Part shown: positions 28,806 through 38,234 of the stretch, piece after piece
Layout: every line of letters starts with the position of its first letter
Position numbering within the stretch: position 1 is the first letter of the stretch
IMG/VR virus record: IMGVR_UViG_3300042465_006114
Source: an uncultured virus (IMG/VR IMGVR_UViG_3300042465_006114)
Taxonomy: Duplodnaviria > Heunggongvirae > Uroviricota > Caudoviricetes
Length of the DNA: 64,000 nt
Reading direction: 5' to 3' (one strand)
Notes under the pieces: generated by a model
The model's database searches: none
Told to the model about the DNA's origin: nothing
What the model saw: the letters and a program-made list of their open reading frames with translations, nothing else
Program-made: the position numbers and the translations under genes

Positions 28806-29141
28806 TTATTTATTTGTTAAAATTTGTTTTAATGATATTGATTTCACTCCTTTTGCTTCTAATAGTGCTTTTTCAGTCATTGTTCCAAATTGTGAATCAA
28901 CTCCATCTTTATTTCCTCCACTATACCCTAAGTCTGCTCCATATTGATTAATCAATATTTTTTGCAATTCTGCAACTTCATCTCCAGTAGAACCTTTTGA
29001 TAAAACCATATCTAAATTTAATCCAGCATAAGCATCTGAACTAATTGGTTTAGGAACGCTTTTTAAATATTTGTTTATAGCATATATAACTGTTATAGCT
29101 ACTGCACCTATGAATAAGTATTTACTTGTGTTGTCTTTCAT
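28806..29141 (-). CDS. Membrane-anchored peptidoglycan-binding (PGBD) protein
   Basis: LSKGSTGDEVAELQKIL...VDSQFGTMTEKAL. Confidence 0.8.
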   Translation of the reverse strand: MKDNTSKYLFIGAVAITVIYAINKYLKSVPKPISSDAYAGLNLDMVLSKGSTGDEVAELQKILINQYGADLGYSGGNKDGVDSQFGTMTEKALLEAKGVKSISLKQILTNK

Positions 29142-29143
29142 AA

Positions 29144-29929
29144 TTATCGTATTACCATTTTATTTTTTTCAAAGTTTTTGATAAAATTATCAATTCTATC
29201 AAAACGCTTTTTATTGTTTTGGTTAGGAGCATCTTTAAAAACCTCCAGAAACGCTTGGTATCCTTCAATTCTTGGGTATCCTAATCCTAAATAAATCAAC
29301 AAACCATTAATGTCGGCTTCTGATTCATCATCCATATTATCATTAACGTAAAAATGACTAAACTCGTGGCAAAGAATAGCAAATCTCATTGGAACGGTAT
29401 AATCGTCAAATTGTTTTTTTGAAACTTGTATTCTTCCAGTTACTCTTGAAATTCTTGCTGGTGTTGTCAAAACTCTACCTTCGTGATTTATTATTTGTGG
29501 TAAATACTCAATCATAAACTCTCCGTTGTCTGATTGATATGATTTTCCAGTTTCCAAATAAGGTGCATTAAAACAAAATCTTTGTGCAAAATCAACAAAA
29601 TGCTTAACGCTTTTGTTTTGAATATCTACAACATCCATTCTTTTTTCCAAAGGTGTTTTATCAATAGACACTACATTTATATTACTTTCTTGCTCTTTAG
29701 GTGTGTTTCCTTTTTTATCATCATACACGCAAAGAATAACTGATTTTGAAGTTATTGGAAGTCTAATATAAAAAGTTTCTGAACTGTAAACAGTTTTGTA
29801 TCTGTCGGTAAAAACAATTTTAGGTTTTTCCTCGTCATAAATTTTTATTCTTACAACCGTTGGTACTGAACACGAAATTTTTACGCATAAGCACATTTCA
29901 TCGTATCTGGTTTGTATTCTAAAATTCAT
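29144..29929 (-). CDS. Zincin metallopeptidase (candidate maturation protease)
   Basis: FAILCHEFSH (HExxH) followed by ESEAD third-ligand helix. Confidence 0.75.
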   Translation of the reverse strand: MNFRIQTRYDEMCLCVKISCSVPTVVRIKIYDEEKPKIVFTDRYKTVYSSETFYIRLPITSKSVILCVYDDKKGNTPKEQESNINVVSIDKTPLEKRMDVVDIQNKSVKHFVDFAQRFCFNAPYLETGKSYQSDNGEFMIEYLPQIINHEGRVLTTPARISRVTGRIQVSKKQFDDYTVPMRFAILCHEFSHFYVNDNMDDESEADINGLLIYLGLGYPRIEGYQAFLEVFKDAPNQNNKKRFDRIDNFIKNFEKNKMVIR

Positions 29930-29930
29930 A

Positions 29931-30293
29931 CTATTTCTTTTTGTTATAAACTTTGTACGCTATCGCACCTCCTATTACCAATAAACTTGAAATTAACACC
30001 CATTTGTTAAGTCCAATAAATTTATTAGAATTTTTTTCGTAACCCCCATTATTTTTAATTCCAAGTATATCTTCAAATTTATTTGAATCTAAACCAAGAG
30101 AATCAACCGCTTTTGCATTTGCTTCTTCTAAAATTCTGTCTATTTCAGTTGAATCTATGCCATCTGCACCTTTAAATTTCTTATTAGGTATAAATTCTCC
30201 TTTTTCTTTTTCTCTGTCTAACCAGTGCTTAAAACTTAAAGTTGTGTTACTTTCTTTCCAAAGCTGATTTGCACTTTTTTTAAAATTATCCAT
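29931..30293 (-). CDS. C-terminal TM protein
   Basis: TM followed by KKK; FKGADG motif. Confidence 0.7.
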   Translation of the reverse strand: MDNFKKSANQLWKESNTTLSFKHWLDREKEKGEFIPNKKFKGADGIDSTEIDRILEEANAKAVDSLGLDSNKFEDILGIKNNGGYEKNSNKFIGLNKWVLISSLLVIGGAIAYKVYNKKK

Positions 30294-30296
30294 ATT

Positions 30297-30437
30297 TTAT
30301 TTTGTTGTTGTTTTTGTTTCTTGTGCTTTTTCTTCCTTAATTTCTTTATATGCTTTGTAATACGCATTGTACAAATAGGACAATGCGGTTACTCCACCTA
30401 CTATTAAGATAACTCCGATAATTTCTTTTTTCTTCAT
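30297..30437 (-). CDS. 46-aa single-TM protein (absent from ORF track)
   Basis: MKKKEIIGVILIVGGVTALSYLY... Confidence 0.65.
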   Translation of the reverse strand: MKKKEIIGVILIVGGVTALSYLYNAYYKAYKEIKEEKAQETKTTTK

Positions 30438-30470
30438 CTTTTTTTAAATAAAGTTATCTGAATAAATTAA

Positions 30471-30629
30471 TTAAGCCGATTTTTGACTTTTTCTCCACGC
30501 TTTACCTACAACCCAAACGGTTGCAAACAATACTGCTAATCCTACTCCAACGCCTACTAAATATTTAGTGGTTACTGTTGATTTTACATCTTCTTTAACG
30601 TTTGTCGCTACTTCTTTTACTGATTCCAT
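30471..30629 (-). CDS. 52-aa single-TM protein (absent from ORF track)
   Basis: ...GVGVGLAVLFATVWVVGKAWRKSQ. Confidence 0.7.
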   Translation of the reverse strand: MESVKEVATNVKEDVKSTVTTKYLVGVGVGLAVLFATVWVVGKAWRKSQKSA

Positions 30630-30662
30630 CTTTTAATTTTTTATAAATTTACTAATTATTTT

Positions 30663-30773
30663 TTACTCTTGTGATTTTTTCCATCCTTTTCCAACAACCC
30701 ACGCATAACCGTAAACTACTGCAAATGATAATGCAAGTCCTAAAACTGCTCCTACTAAATTTGGCTTTTTCAT
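30663..30773 (-). CDS. 36-aa single-TM protein, paralog of 30471 ORF (absent from ORF track)
   Basis: ...YAWVVGKGWKKSQE. Confidence 0.7.
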   Translation of the reverse strand: MKKPNLVGAVLGLALSFAVVYGYAWVVGKGWKKSQE

Positions 30774-30777
30774 CTTT

Positions 30778-31005
30778 TTATTTTTTATTAACAATCATTG
30801 CGGTTGCAACTCCGCCTATTACTGCTCCAATCAGACCACTTACATAAACATTTTTGCCTTTGTAATATCCAACCATTAAACCCAAAACAAGACCAGTTAC
30901 CGCACCGTTTACAGACGCTTTTGTAGTAAGCATAAGAACATCTCGTTTGTCTTTGCTAACTATATCTTTTACCTCTTGTAAATAATTTGTTTTTTCTTCT
31001 TCCAT
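30778..31005 (-). CDS. Two-TM glycine-zipper protein
   Basis: GAVTGLVLGLMVG and GLIGAVIGG. Confidence 0.7.
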   Translation of the reverse strand: MEEEKTNYLQEVKDIVSKDKRDVLMLTTKASVNGAVTGLVLGLMVGYYKGKNVYVSGLIGAVIGGVATAMIVNKK

Positions 31006-31009
31006 TGGA

Positions 31010-31432
31010 TTATTTTTTTCTTGTTACCACAAAAATTACAAGACCTAAAATAACAACTCCGCCAACTCCTAAAGCAATGTAAAGCGTTTTGTTTCCGCCA
31101 CTACTAGCTCCAGCTCCAGCTTTTGCAGTTTCTAAATCTAATCTTTTACCTTCCAATATCAATTGAGCAACCCTTTCTTGCGATACTCCTTGTGCAATTA
31201 AGGCATCTGCTTGTTTTTGAGCTATTTTTCTTTGAGCTTCACTTGCATAAATAGTACTTCCGATATTTACCGCAGAGCCTATTGTACCAGCCCAATCAAA
31301 TCCACTACCTTTTGAAGTAGTAGAAGGCTTTGATGTACCAGAACCAGAACCAGAACCAAAACCAAAATCAAAGGTTGGAATTGAGTAATCACTAGAATTA
31401 AATCCAGTTGCGTTTTTATACATATAATTCAT
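31010..31432 (-). CDS. Virion membrane protein candidate (YKNATG, amphipathic helix, C-terminal TM)
   Basis: NATGFNSSDYSIPTFDF shared with 31432 ORF. Confidence 0.75.
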   Translation of the reverse strand: MNYMYKNATGFNSSDYSIPTFDFGFGSGSGSGTSKPSTTSKGSGFDWAGTIGSAVNIGSTIYASEAQRKIAQKQADALIAQGVSQERVAQLILEGKRLDLETAKAGAGASSGGNKTLYIALGVGGVVILGLVIFVVTRKK

Positions 31433-32037
31433 TATTGTTTCTTTTTAATTATTAAATAAGTTATAAAACCAACTAATGTTAAACCCAACAAACTTATACC
31501 TACAATTGCTCCAGTACTCATACCAGTTTTAGCAGTTGAACCCTTTTCTTCTGGTTGTGTTTCAGAAATCTTAACACTTGCATTAGCTAATTCTCTTTTA
31601 GTTTTATTGTCATCTAATTGTAAATAACCTTGAAAACCAGTTTGTAGAATATTTAATCCTTGATTAAGCCAACTTGGACTTGAACTATTTGTTGAAACCG
31701 TTGTTGCTGGAGGATTTTTAATAGGTGTGTTTGTAACAAAATCAAAAGTTGGAAGTGTGTAGTCATTAGAACTGAATCCAGTTGCATTTGCATAAGAACC
31801 ACTCATATTTAATGAAATTCCAGAAACAACATCTTCACTTAACAATAATTTAGAAAAATCTCTGTAAAAAGATTTAGAAATTTTAAGCAAGTTAGTTACC
31901 AATAAGGCAATTTGAATATCGGAAGCATTGCTAGGTGCAACTACTCCGTTTTTAAGTAATAAAGATACTACTTCATTTTTTTTATTACGAACTACATACA
32001 TTATTCCGTATGCACCTACATTTGCTTTTGAAGTCAT
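31432..32037 (-). CDS. Virion membrane protein candidate (YANATG, C-terminal TM)
   Basis: NATGFSSNDYTLPTFDF; TM. Confidence 0.75.
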   Translation of the reverse strand: MTSKANVGAYGIMYVVRNKKNEVVSLLLKNGVVAPSNASDIQIALLVTNLLKISKSFYRDFSKLLLSEDVVSGISLNMSGSYANATGFSSNDYTLPTFDFVTNTPIKNPPATTVSTNSSSPSWLNQGLNILQTGFQGYLQLDDNKTKRELANASVKISETQPEEKGSTAKTGMSTGAIVGISLLGLTLVGFITYLIIKKKQ

Positions 32038-32038
32038 A

Positions 32039-32425
32039 TTAATTATTTTTATAAATTAAAGCAGTTACAATAAATAATGTAGCTACAACCAATATTACGT
32101 TAGTTTGATGTGCTAAAGTATCTGGTGTTTTTTCTTTTGGTGTTTCAGCACCACTTGCGTTCATATAATGCTCTTGCGTTTTTGTTCTTTGACAATTACC
32201 ACAACCACATTCAGATTTTTTATTATCTGACCATATTTCCAAAATAATATCTTTGTCTGGATGAAATTCCATAACTTTTTTCAAAGCTGGTTCTCCAATT
32301 TGTGATACTAATTCGCTTAAACTTTGACCTAAATTTCTTCTTTCGGTAACTTCATACCCAAATGAATTAATTATCATTTCAGCTCCTCTAGGGTCGTTGT
32401 CTGCAACATATTTATATACTGACAT
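32039..32425 (-). CDS. Membrane protein with CGCGNC cluster, YMNASG and C-terminal TM
   Basis: HPDKD...CGC; TM. Confidence 0.75.
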   Translation of the reverse strand: MSVYKYVADNDPRGAEMIINSFGYEVTERRNLGQSLSELVSQIGEPALKKVMEFHPDKDIILEIWSDNKKSECGCGNCQRTKTQEHYMNASGAETPKEKTPDTLAHQTNVILVVATLFIVTALIYKNN

Positions 32426-32439
32426 ATTTGTTGTTTTAT

Positions 32440-32480
32440 AAAAAAAGGCAAGTAGAATTGAATCATACTTGCCCTTTTTT
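32440..32480 (-). terminator. Intrinsic terminator after the capsid candidate
   Basis: GGCAAGTA...TACTTGCC stem with flanking A/T runs. Confidence 0.7.
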
Positions 32481-32517
32481 CAATTATACAATAATTCGAT
32501 TTTATCTCATAAAGATA

Positions 32518-33213
32518 TTATCCTTTAATTCTAATAGTTTGACCATTAGTAACTGGAGGAGTACCGAATTGTCTGCTTACAGATTGACCACCTAAAGCAC
32601 GAGCAAGGTTTATGTTGTCTGCTGGGTAGAAGTATAATTTCACAGTAGCATTTGCCAATACTTGACGAATGATAATTTTAGTGAAACCATCTATTCTATA
32701 CGCATATTTCATAGCGATAATCGTGGTTTGTTGTTGGTAAGGGTCAATTGTAGGCACAAGTGTTTTTTGTGCTAAATTACCATTTGCATCTTTAGTGTTT
32801 ACACTTAAAGTTTCCAATACTTGATTTGCAGTTGCAGACTGGATGTAAGTTAAACCAACTGAATAAGGATTATTCATAAATTGGTACAACATTTCACGGT
32901 AGTTTACATCTGAAATACCAGAGCTAATTGTGATTGAACCGATTACTAAATCTCCATTAGCTTGGAAACCAGCGTTGTTGATGTATTGGTAAGAACCTAA
33001 TACTTCAAAATTTGATACTGCCGAACCACTAGTAGATGTAATATCTAATATGTATGGTTGAGAAGTTTGAACGTTTCCGCCCCCCATTCCCTCTGCGTTG
33101 AAGAAGTCATCTCCAGTAAACGATAAATCGTTGTCGATGAAACCATCAGCGTTTGAGAAAGATTCCATTGCATTTCTTTGTGCATTGGCTAAATATTTAC
33201 GAACATTTGACAT
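32518..33213 (-). CDS. Candidate major capsid protein (beta-rich, possible single jelly-roll) with N-terminal propeptide
   Basis: Soluble beta-rich 231 aa protein among TM genes near the packaging ATPase; codons enriched in TTC/AAC/ATC/CGT; own terminator; has a paralog. Confidence 0.55.
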   Translation of the reverse strand: MSNVRKYLANAQRNAMESFSNADGFIDNDLSFTGDDFFNAEGMGGGNVQTSQPYILDITSTSGSAVSNFEVLGSYQYINNAGFQANGDLVIGSITISSGISDVNYREMLYQFMNNPYSVGLTYIQSATANQVLETLSVNTKDANGNLAQKTLVPTIDPYQQQTTIIAMKYAYRIDGFTKIIIRQVLANATVKLYFYPADNINLARALGGQSVSRQFGTPPVTNGQTIRIKG

Positions 33214-33246
33214 TTTTTCTATTTTTAGAATTTTTAATTAATTTTT

Positions 33247-33381
33247 TTACTCTTTTGTTGGTGCTACCATTGGTGCATCCACTTTGCTTGATAAAAGTTT
33301 TCTTTCAAGTGTATTTGCAAGTAATACGCCTACAACTACAATTCCGATTGCTTTTAATAATGTTACAACTTCGTTTTTCAT
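33247..33381 (-). CDS. 44-aa single-TM protein directly upstream of the capsid candidate
   Basis: MKNEVVTLLKAIGIVVVGVLLA... Confidence 0.65.
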   Translation of the reverse strand: MKNEVVTLLKAIGIVVVGVLLANTLERKLLSSKVDAPMVAPTKE

Positions 33382-33525
33382 TTCAGAATGAATTTTAATA
33401 ATTTTATTGTTTACGATAATTATATACAGATACAATATCATTTTTCAAAAGTATAACAAATAAATATTATAAAAACAACTTTTTTAATAAATAAACTGAA
33501 CAAACGCCTACCTAAAAAGTTTCAT

Positions 33526-34176
33526 TTATTTTAAAAGTAATACGCCACCAATAAATCCAATTCCTATTTTTATAATAGTACTATCATACCACTTGCTTGG
33601 TTGTTTAATTTCTATGTGCTGAATACCATCTGTTTCTACAAAAGGATTAGCGTGGGTAATATCTGTTACGCTTGTGCGTTTGCCCCAAAACCATTTTCTT
33701 TTATCTCCGCTTACTACAATTACACTATCTGGAATATTTAATTTAGTAATTTCTATTCCTTTTTGATTTGATTTATAAGCTATACTATACCATTGTTTAA
33801 AAACGCTATCTGTTATTTGAAAATTACAAGGAATTGAATCTTTATAAGTTAATTTAATAGTGTCAAACTTTGTATTGGTAACATACTTAGTAACCGCTTT
33901 GACTTTAGAAAACTTATTAGTTAATTCCTTTAGCTTTTTATCACTCATTAAAACAGAATTTTTTAACTGACTATTCGTATATGATAAGTTTTCGATGCTC
34001 GTAACTAATTGACCGTTTCTTAATTTATAAACTTTAGCTTTACTATTTAAGGATTTGATATTTGCTAATTGAGTTTTTTCGTTTTCACATTTTGAAAATA
34101 ATTGTGAAACTAAAAGAAAACAAGTCATTATTAATAATGATATGTAAACTTTTTTTGTGTCGATTGATGTGTCCAT
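33526..34176 (-). CDS. Spanin-like lysis accessory protein
   Basis: N-terminal TM/Cys, coiled coil, C-terminal KWY...GIGFIGGVLL; follows the lysozyme. Confidence 0.5.
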   Translation of the reverse strand: MDTSIDTKKVYISLLIMTCFLLVSQLFSKCENEKTQLANIKSLNSKAKVYKLRNGQLVTSIENLSYTNSQLKNSVLMSDKKLKELTNKFSKVKAVTKYVTNTKFDTIKLTYKDSIPCNFQITDSVFKQWYSIAYKSNQKGIEITKLNIPDSVIVVSGDKRKWFWGKRTSVTDITHANPFVETDGIQHIEIKQPSKWYDSTIIKIGIGFIGGVLLLK

Positions 34177-34182
34177 ATATTA

Positions 34183-34668
34183 TTATTTAAAAAATAAATT
34201 CACTTCTTCTTCTCTACGTTTTATTAAACCATTTAAAGTTTTACCTCCTCCAGTAATACATAGCTTTTTCCAATAAGCCTTCAATTCTTTTTCTGGCATA
34301 TTTGAATTAATATTATTAAATAAATTATAATATTGTTGCTTACCGTTTTTATCTATATAAGTTGCACCAGCATTATATAAAAAATCTACTACCGCATCAA
34401 ATTGATTTTGATTTAAGTTATCTCTACATAATTTATCGCATAATGGAGCAAATACTAAATTGATATGTCCTTTAGCTAACCTTACTGCTTCTTCGTGAGT
34501 TATTGGCTTATCATTTTGCTTAACCCTTTTTTTGGTATCGAAATAAAAAGTTGTTCCCAGTCCAATTGTCCAAATTTTAGCTGGACACTTATAAGGTTTT
34601 TCGGAAAACCCTTCGTATTTCTCTATTGATTTTATAAGTTCATCGCTTACTGTTGTTATCTTACTCAT
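34183..34668 (-). CDS. Phage lysozyme (GH24) endolysin
   Basis: YEGFSEKPYKCPAKIWTIGLG, NQNQFDAVVDFLYNAG, LNGLIKRREEE. Confidence 0.92.
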   Translation of the reverse strand: MSKITTVSDELIKSIEKYEGFSEKPYKCPAKIWTIGLGTTFYFDTKKRVKQNDKPITHEEAVRLAKGHINLVFAPLCDKLCRDNLNQNQFDAVVDFLYNAGATYIDKNGKQQYYNLFNNINSNMPEKELKAYWKKLCITGGGKTLNGLIKRREEEVNLFFK

Positions 34669-34862
34669 TGTTGTTTTGATTTATAAATTTTTTCTACTAC
34701 ACTTATCGCCCCCTCTACTGACATATAAGTAACTGCAATTATTACCCAATCGCCACTTTCTATTGATTTTGTAAAAAGTCCAGTTGATGCAACCGCAAAA
34801 ACTATAAGTTTTCTACTAATCCATTTTGATAAATATTTATCTATGTATTCTTGTCTGCTCAT
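34665..34862 (-). CDS. Putative holin
   Basis: 65 aa, SRK followed by two hydrophobic segments, overlapping the lysozyme start. Confidence 0.65.
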   Translation of the reverse strand: MSRQEYIDKYLSKWISRKLIVFAVASTGLFTKSIESGDWVIIAVTYMSVEGAISVVEKIYKSKQQ

Positions 34863-34864
34863 AT

Positions 34865-35686
34865 TTATCCTAAATAGTATTTAATAATTCTGTCTTTATG
34901 GTATCTGACTGCACTTTCTGGCGTATGAACTTTTGTTCCTCTACCTAAATCTCTTTTTTGAAGCATAGGACTAATTAACTTTTTATAGTTTTCAGAAATA
35001 TACTGCTCTACTATTGATTCAAATTTTTTCTTATCTACATTTTTAATCTTTTCATCATCAATATCTACATAACAAAAGTAACGTTGATTATCAAAATTAT
35101 GATATTCATTATTCGTATAGTTCTCTACTAATTTAAGCATTTCATATTTGTCCTCAAACTTTGTTCGGTGTTTATCAACACTATCTGTATTTTTATGAAA
35201 TCTAATCCAGTTAAGGTTTTGCCATATTTTAGGAGATACCCTACCAACCGATTGAAAGTGCAAAATAATATCTGTATCAGTATGTCTATTGGTACAAATC
35301 GCACCAACAAGGTCGTTTGGTAAATAATCAGAAACATATCTATTCACATCTTCTATTAACAACAACCCACCTCTAAAATCATTTAAAATTTTAAATAAAG
35401 TATCTTGAATTTCATTAATAGTCATCCTTTGTCCGTTGTCGTGAAAAGGTCTAATTCTTCTGGCTTCAATTCTGGGGTGTGCCGAAAACCTCATAACGTC
35501 AGAAAGTTTCAATGCTTTTATATCTTCAAACTCGTCATTTACATCCAATATCAATGCTCTACGAGGAGCAACCCCTTTAGATGGGTTGCCCAATATATAG
35601 CTTTGAATCATTTTAGTTGTCTGATACGTTTTTCCGCAACCCTTTCTACCAACCGCAACGCCTAATTTTGGTTCTCTTTCTTCCAT
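34865..35686 (-). CDS. FtsK/HerA-superfamily genome-packaging ATPase (A32/P9-like)
   Basis: Walker A GRKGCGKT, ILD, Walker B LLLIED, then NRH...IILHFQS (Arg-His plus Gln sensor) motif; stand-alone 273 aa. Confidence 0.75.
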   Translation of the reverse strand: MEEREPKLGVAVGRKGCGKTYQTTKMIQSYILGNPSKGVAPRRALILDVNDEFEDIKALKLSDVMRFSAHPRIEARRIRPFHDNGQRMTINEIQDTLFKILNDFRGGLLLIEDVNRYVSDYLPNDLVGAICTNRHTDTDIILHFQSVGRVSPKIWQNLNWIRFHKNTDSVDKHRTKFEDKYEMLKLVENYTNNEYHNFDNQRYFCYVDIDDEKIKNVDKKKFESIVEQYISENYKKLISPMLQKRDLGRGTKVHTPESAVRYHKDRIIKYYLG

Positions 35687-36735
35687 TATTTTTTATTTCT
35701 TGGTGTTCTAGGTTTTCTAGGTGTTGTTGATGCTTTTCTTTGTCTAACTGGTTTTGTTGGTTCTTCACTTAATTTTTCAAGTTTTGACAACATATCTTTA
35801 TCTCCGAATTGTGGCATACCATCTGGCTCAACAAACGCTTCTTTAAAACCACCTCTATCACTTAAATTAGCAAAAACACTATCTTCTTCTGGTTCAAAAT
35901 ATTGTATTTGTTCTTCTAAATTAGTTTTAGCTTTTGCTTTTGGTTGTCTAATTACTCTTTCTTCTACTTCTGTAACTTCTTCATAATAATCAACACTTTC
36001 CTCTTTTTTAGGTGTTGTTGGTGTTGGAGTAGGAGTTGAATTTCTTGGAGTAGCTTTTTGACTTTCTTTAATAGCCATAGTGTTTTCTTTTAACGAATCC
36101 AAAATGTTTTTTGAAGTTTTACGCAACATTAATGCTTGTGCAGTTTTAGTTCCTAAATCGGTAATAAAATAGTAAGCCAATAATTGCTCGTCAGTCATTC
36201 CTATTCCACGTTTTTTGAAAACACGAATAAGCGGTGGTCGTACATTATTTTTAAAATCTTCACTTACTTCAAAAGCATCTTTAATACTACTGTTATATTC
36301 AACTGCAAAATCTTTAACGCCTATATTTCCACTTTCAGTAGGTAACTGAATATCTGGGTCAATTTCTCCTTCTGCAATTAACTCGTCAAGTTTACTTTCG
36401 CTTATTTCTGGTAGTTTTCCTAAAAATCCACAACCTTTTTCATAGATGTCTAATGTCATTTCTGCCATCATTTCCGCACCCATTGTTTTTTCTTTACCAT
36501 CTAACTCGCTATACGCTTCATTAAAAGGCTTGGCTGGTTCTTTTTCTTCTTCTGCACTTGGTTCGTCAAAATCATTAAAGTTAGGTGCTTGAAAACTTGG
36601 TTCTTCCAAATCTGGCACTACTTCTGAATCTGAATATATTTTATGTTGGGTGTAAGACCTCTGCTTTACTGGTGCATCTAAAGGCGAAAAGTCATCCATT
36701 ACTTGTGCTTCTACAAATGTTTCTTGATTAGTCAT
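35686..36735 (-). CDS. Acidic protein with basic C-terminal tail, coupled to the ATPase
   Basis: Translationally coupled ORF. Confidence 0.7.
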   Translation of the reverse strand: MTNQETFVEAQVMDDFSPLDAPVKQRSYTQHKIYSDSEVVPDLEEPSFQAPNFNDFDEPSAEEEKEPAKPFNEAYSELDGKEKTMGAEMMAEMTLDIYEKGCGFLGKLPEISESKLDELIAEGEIDPDIQLPTESGNIGVKDFAVEYNSSIKDAFEVSEDFKNNVRPPLIRVFKKRGIGMTDEQLLAYYFITDLGTKTAQALMLRKTSKNILDSLKENTMAIKESQKATPRNSTPTPTPTTPKKEESVDYYEEVTEVEERVIRQPKAKAKTNLEEQIQYFEPEEDSVFANLSDRGGFKEAFVEPDGMPQFGDKDMLSKLEKLSEEPTKPVRQRKASTTPRKPRTPRNKK

Positions 36736-37168
36736 TGTTTAGTGATTTTAGTTTTATATTAATGTTTTTGATTTTTTCAATTATGTAAATATCTGATTTA
36801 TGATTTGGATTTAATTCATTAACCTCACTGCAATAAATCGAAACAAGGTTATTGGGTTTTTTTATTAGAAAGGATATGTCGGCTACATCAAGATTAAGAT
36901 AATCTTTAAGAACCATTGCGGTAATGCCTATTGCATATCTTCTGTTATTCTTTCTAGTTCTGGAATAAAAGTCATTGACTTCAATGTTAAATTCATCACA
37001 TACGATTTTAATAATCATTTTAGATTTTAATTTAACATCCTCTCCTAAATCACTATCATTTTCTCTTGAAATTTTCAATAACTCCAAAAGTTTTTCCGTT
37101 CCAATTACTTGAATGGTTTTGTTTAGTTCTGTCAAAACGCTGGAAATGTTGTTTGTTTCTTGGCTCAT
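36728..37168 (-). CDS. DnaA domain-IV-like HTH protein
   Basis: IIKIVCDEFNIEVNDFYSRTRK...AIGITAMVLKDYLNLDVADIS. Confidence 0.55.
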   Translation of the reverse strand: MSQETNNISSVLTELNKTIQVIGTEKLLELLKISRENDSDLGEDVKLKSKMIIKIVCDEFNIEVNDFYSRTRKNNRRYAIGITAMVLKDYLNLDVADISFLIKKPNNLVSIYCSEVNELNPNHKSDIYIIEKIKNINIKLKSLNND

Positions 37169-37173
37169 AACTA

Positions 37174-37557
37174 TTAGTTTAAATAATTATCAATAATTTC
37201 TTTTGTCATATCGAATCCCCAACTAAAATGTGCTGAATAACCTTTTTTATTAAGTTTTTCAATAGTTTCTAATTGTAGTTTCAAATGGTCATTGGTAGAA
37301 GCTTTAATTATACCATCTTTTTTAAATGGTGTTTCTAACTTCAATTCAATAAATAACCCATAGAAATTATTTTTCGGTTCGAAGATAAGCAAATCTAGCG
37401 TTTTAAATCCTTTTTTTTGAATTTTTTTATTTCTACTAGCTTGTGTTGCAGTTAATTTTAAATTAGCAATGGTGTCAGACATAAATTCTATATCTGGGTA
37501 TTGATAGCTTAAATATCTACAAACCGCTACTTGTAAGTCATACTCTAGGTGTTTCAT
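37174..37557 (-). CDS. VRR-NUC / PD-(D/E)xK nuclease (resolvase-like)
   Basis: EYDLQ...GFKTLDLLI...GLFIELK...Q...L..KGY. Confidence 0.8.
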   Translation of the reverse strand: MKHLEYDLQVAVCRYLSYQYPDIEFMSDTIANLKLTATQASRNKKIQKKGFKTLDLLIFEPKNNFYGLFIELKLETPFKKDGIIKASTNDHLKLQLETIEKLNKKGYSAHFSWGFDMTKEIIDNYLN

Positions 37558-37568
37558 ATTTATCCATA

Positions 37569-38234
37569 TTATATCCCATATTTTTTAGTAAATTCTGGGT
37601 GTTTTAAAATTTCTTTGGCTACTTCTTTTGCAAAATCATTATCTGTTGAATAATGTAATCCTAAATATAATCTACTAGATGCAATATCATCAATTAGTTC
37701 TCTACAAAATTGATATTGATTTGGGTTTTTATCTGCAATAACGTTTAAAATAACATACGCTTCTAAAGTGTGTCCAGAAGGATATGAAGGAGTGTCGGCA
37801 GAATAACTTTTATAAGGAAATAATTTTAACTTATAATATTGTGCTAATTGAGAAGGTCTTGGTCTTTGATACAAGTATTTTAATTTATAAATTAAATTTC
37901 TAATATCAATAACAATTTCTTCACATAAGCTTTCTACATCAATACCTTTTTGTTTGAAGGTCGTTGTTAAAACTTGAATCAAACTCCTATCGTATGCCTT
38001 ATATCTAATTAAAAACGCTTTGTTTTCTTCATCGCTAATAGAATTTATATAATCAACAATGTCATTTAATTCGTCTTTAACTAATTCTGAATCATTAAAA
38101 GGAAAATAATCGTCTTTAAATTTCAAAAATAAGTCATCCACAAGGGAGTTTTCTTCAAGATATACCTTATGTTCTATTGTTGGGTTTCCGTAAGTTACTT
38201 GGCTTAAATTCATATTATTTTGAGCAATTTGCAA
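37569..38234 (-). CDS. PAP2 / vanadium haloperoxidase-superfamily phosphatase
   Basis: K-x6-RP (KYLYQRPRP), SYPSGH, SRLYLGLHYSTD. Confidence 0.85.
   Translation of the reverse strand: MQIAQNNMNLSQVTYGNPTIEHKVYLEENSLVDDLFLKFKDDYFPFNDSELVKDELNDIVDYINSISDEENKAFLIRYKAYDRSLIQVLTTTFKQKGIDVESLCEEIVIDIRNLIYKLKYLYQRPRPSQLAQYYKLKLFPYKSYSADTPSYPSGHTLEAYVILNVIADKNPNQYQFCRELIDDIASSRLYLGLHYSTDNDFAKEVAKEILKHPEFTKKYGI

Noticed and set aside
34865..35686. Terminase large subunit
   Set aside because: Too short, lacks a nuclease domain, and has the RH...Q motif of FtsK/HerA-type ATPases
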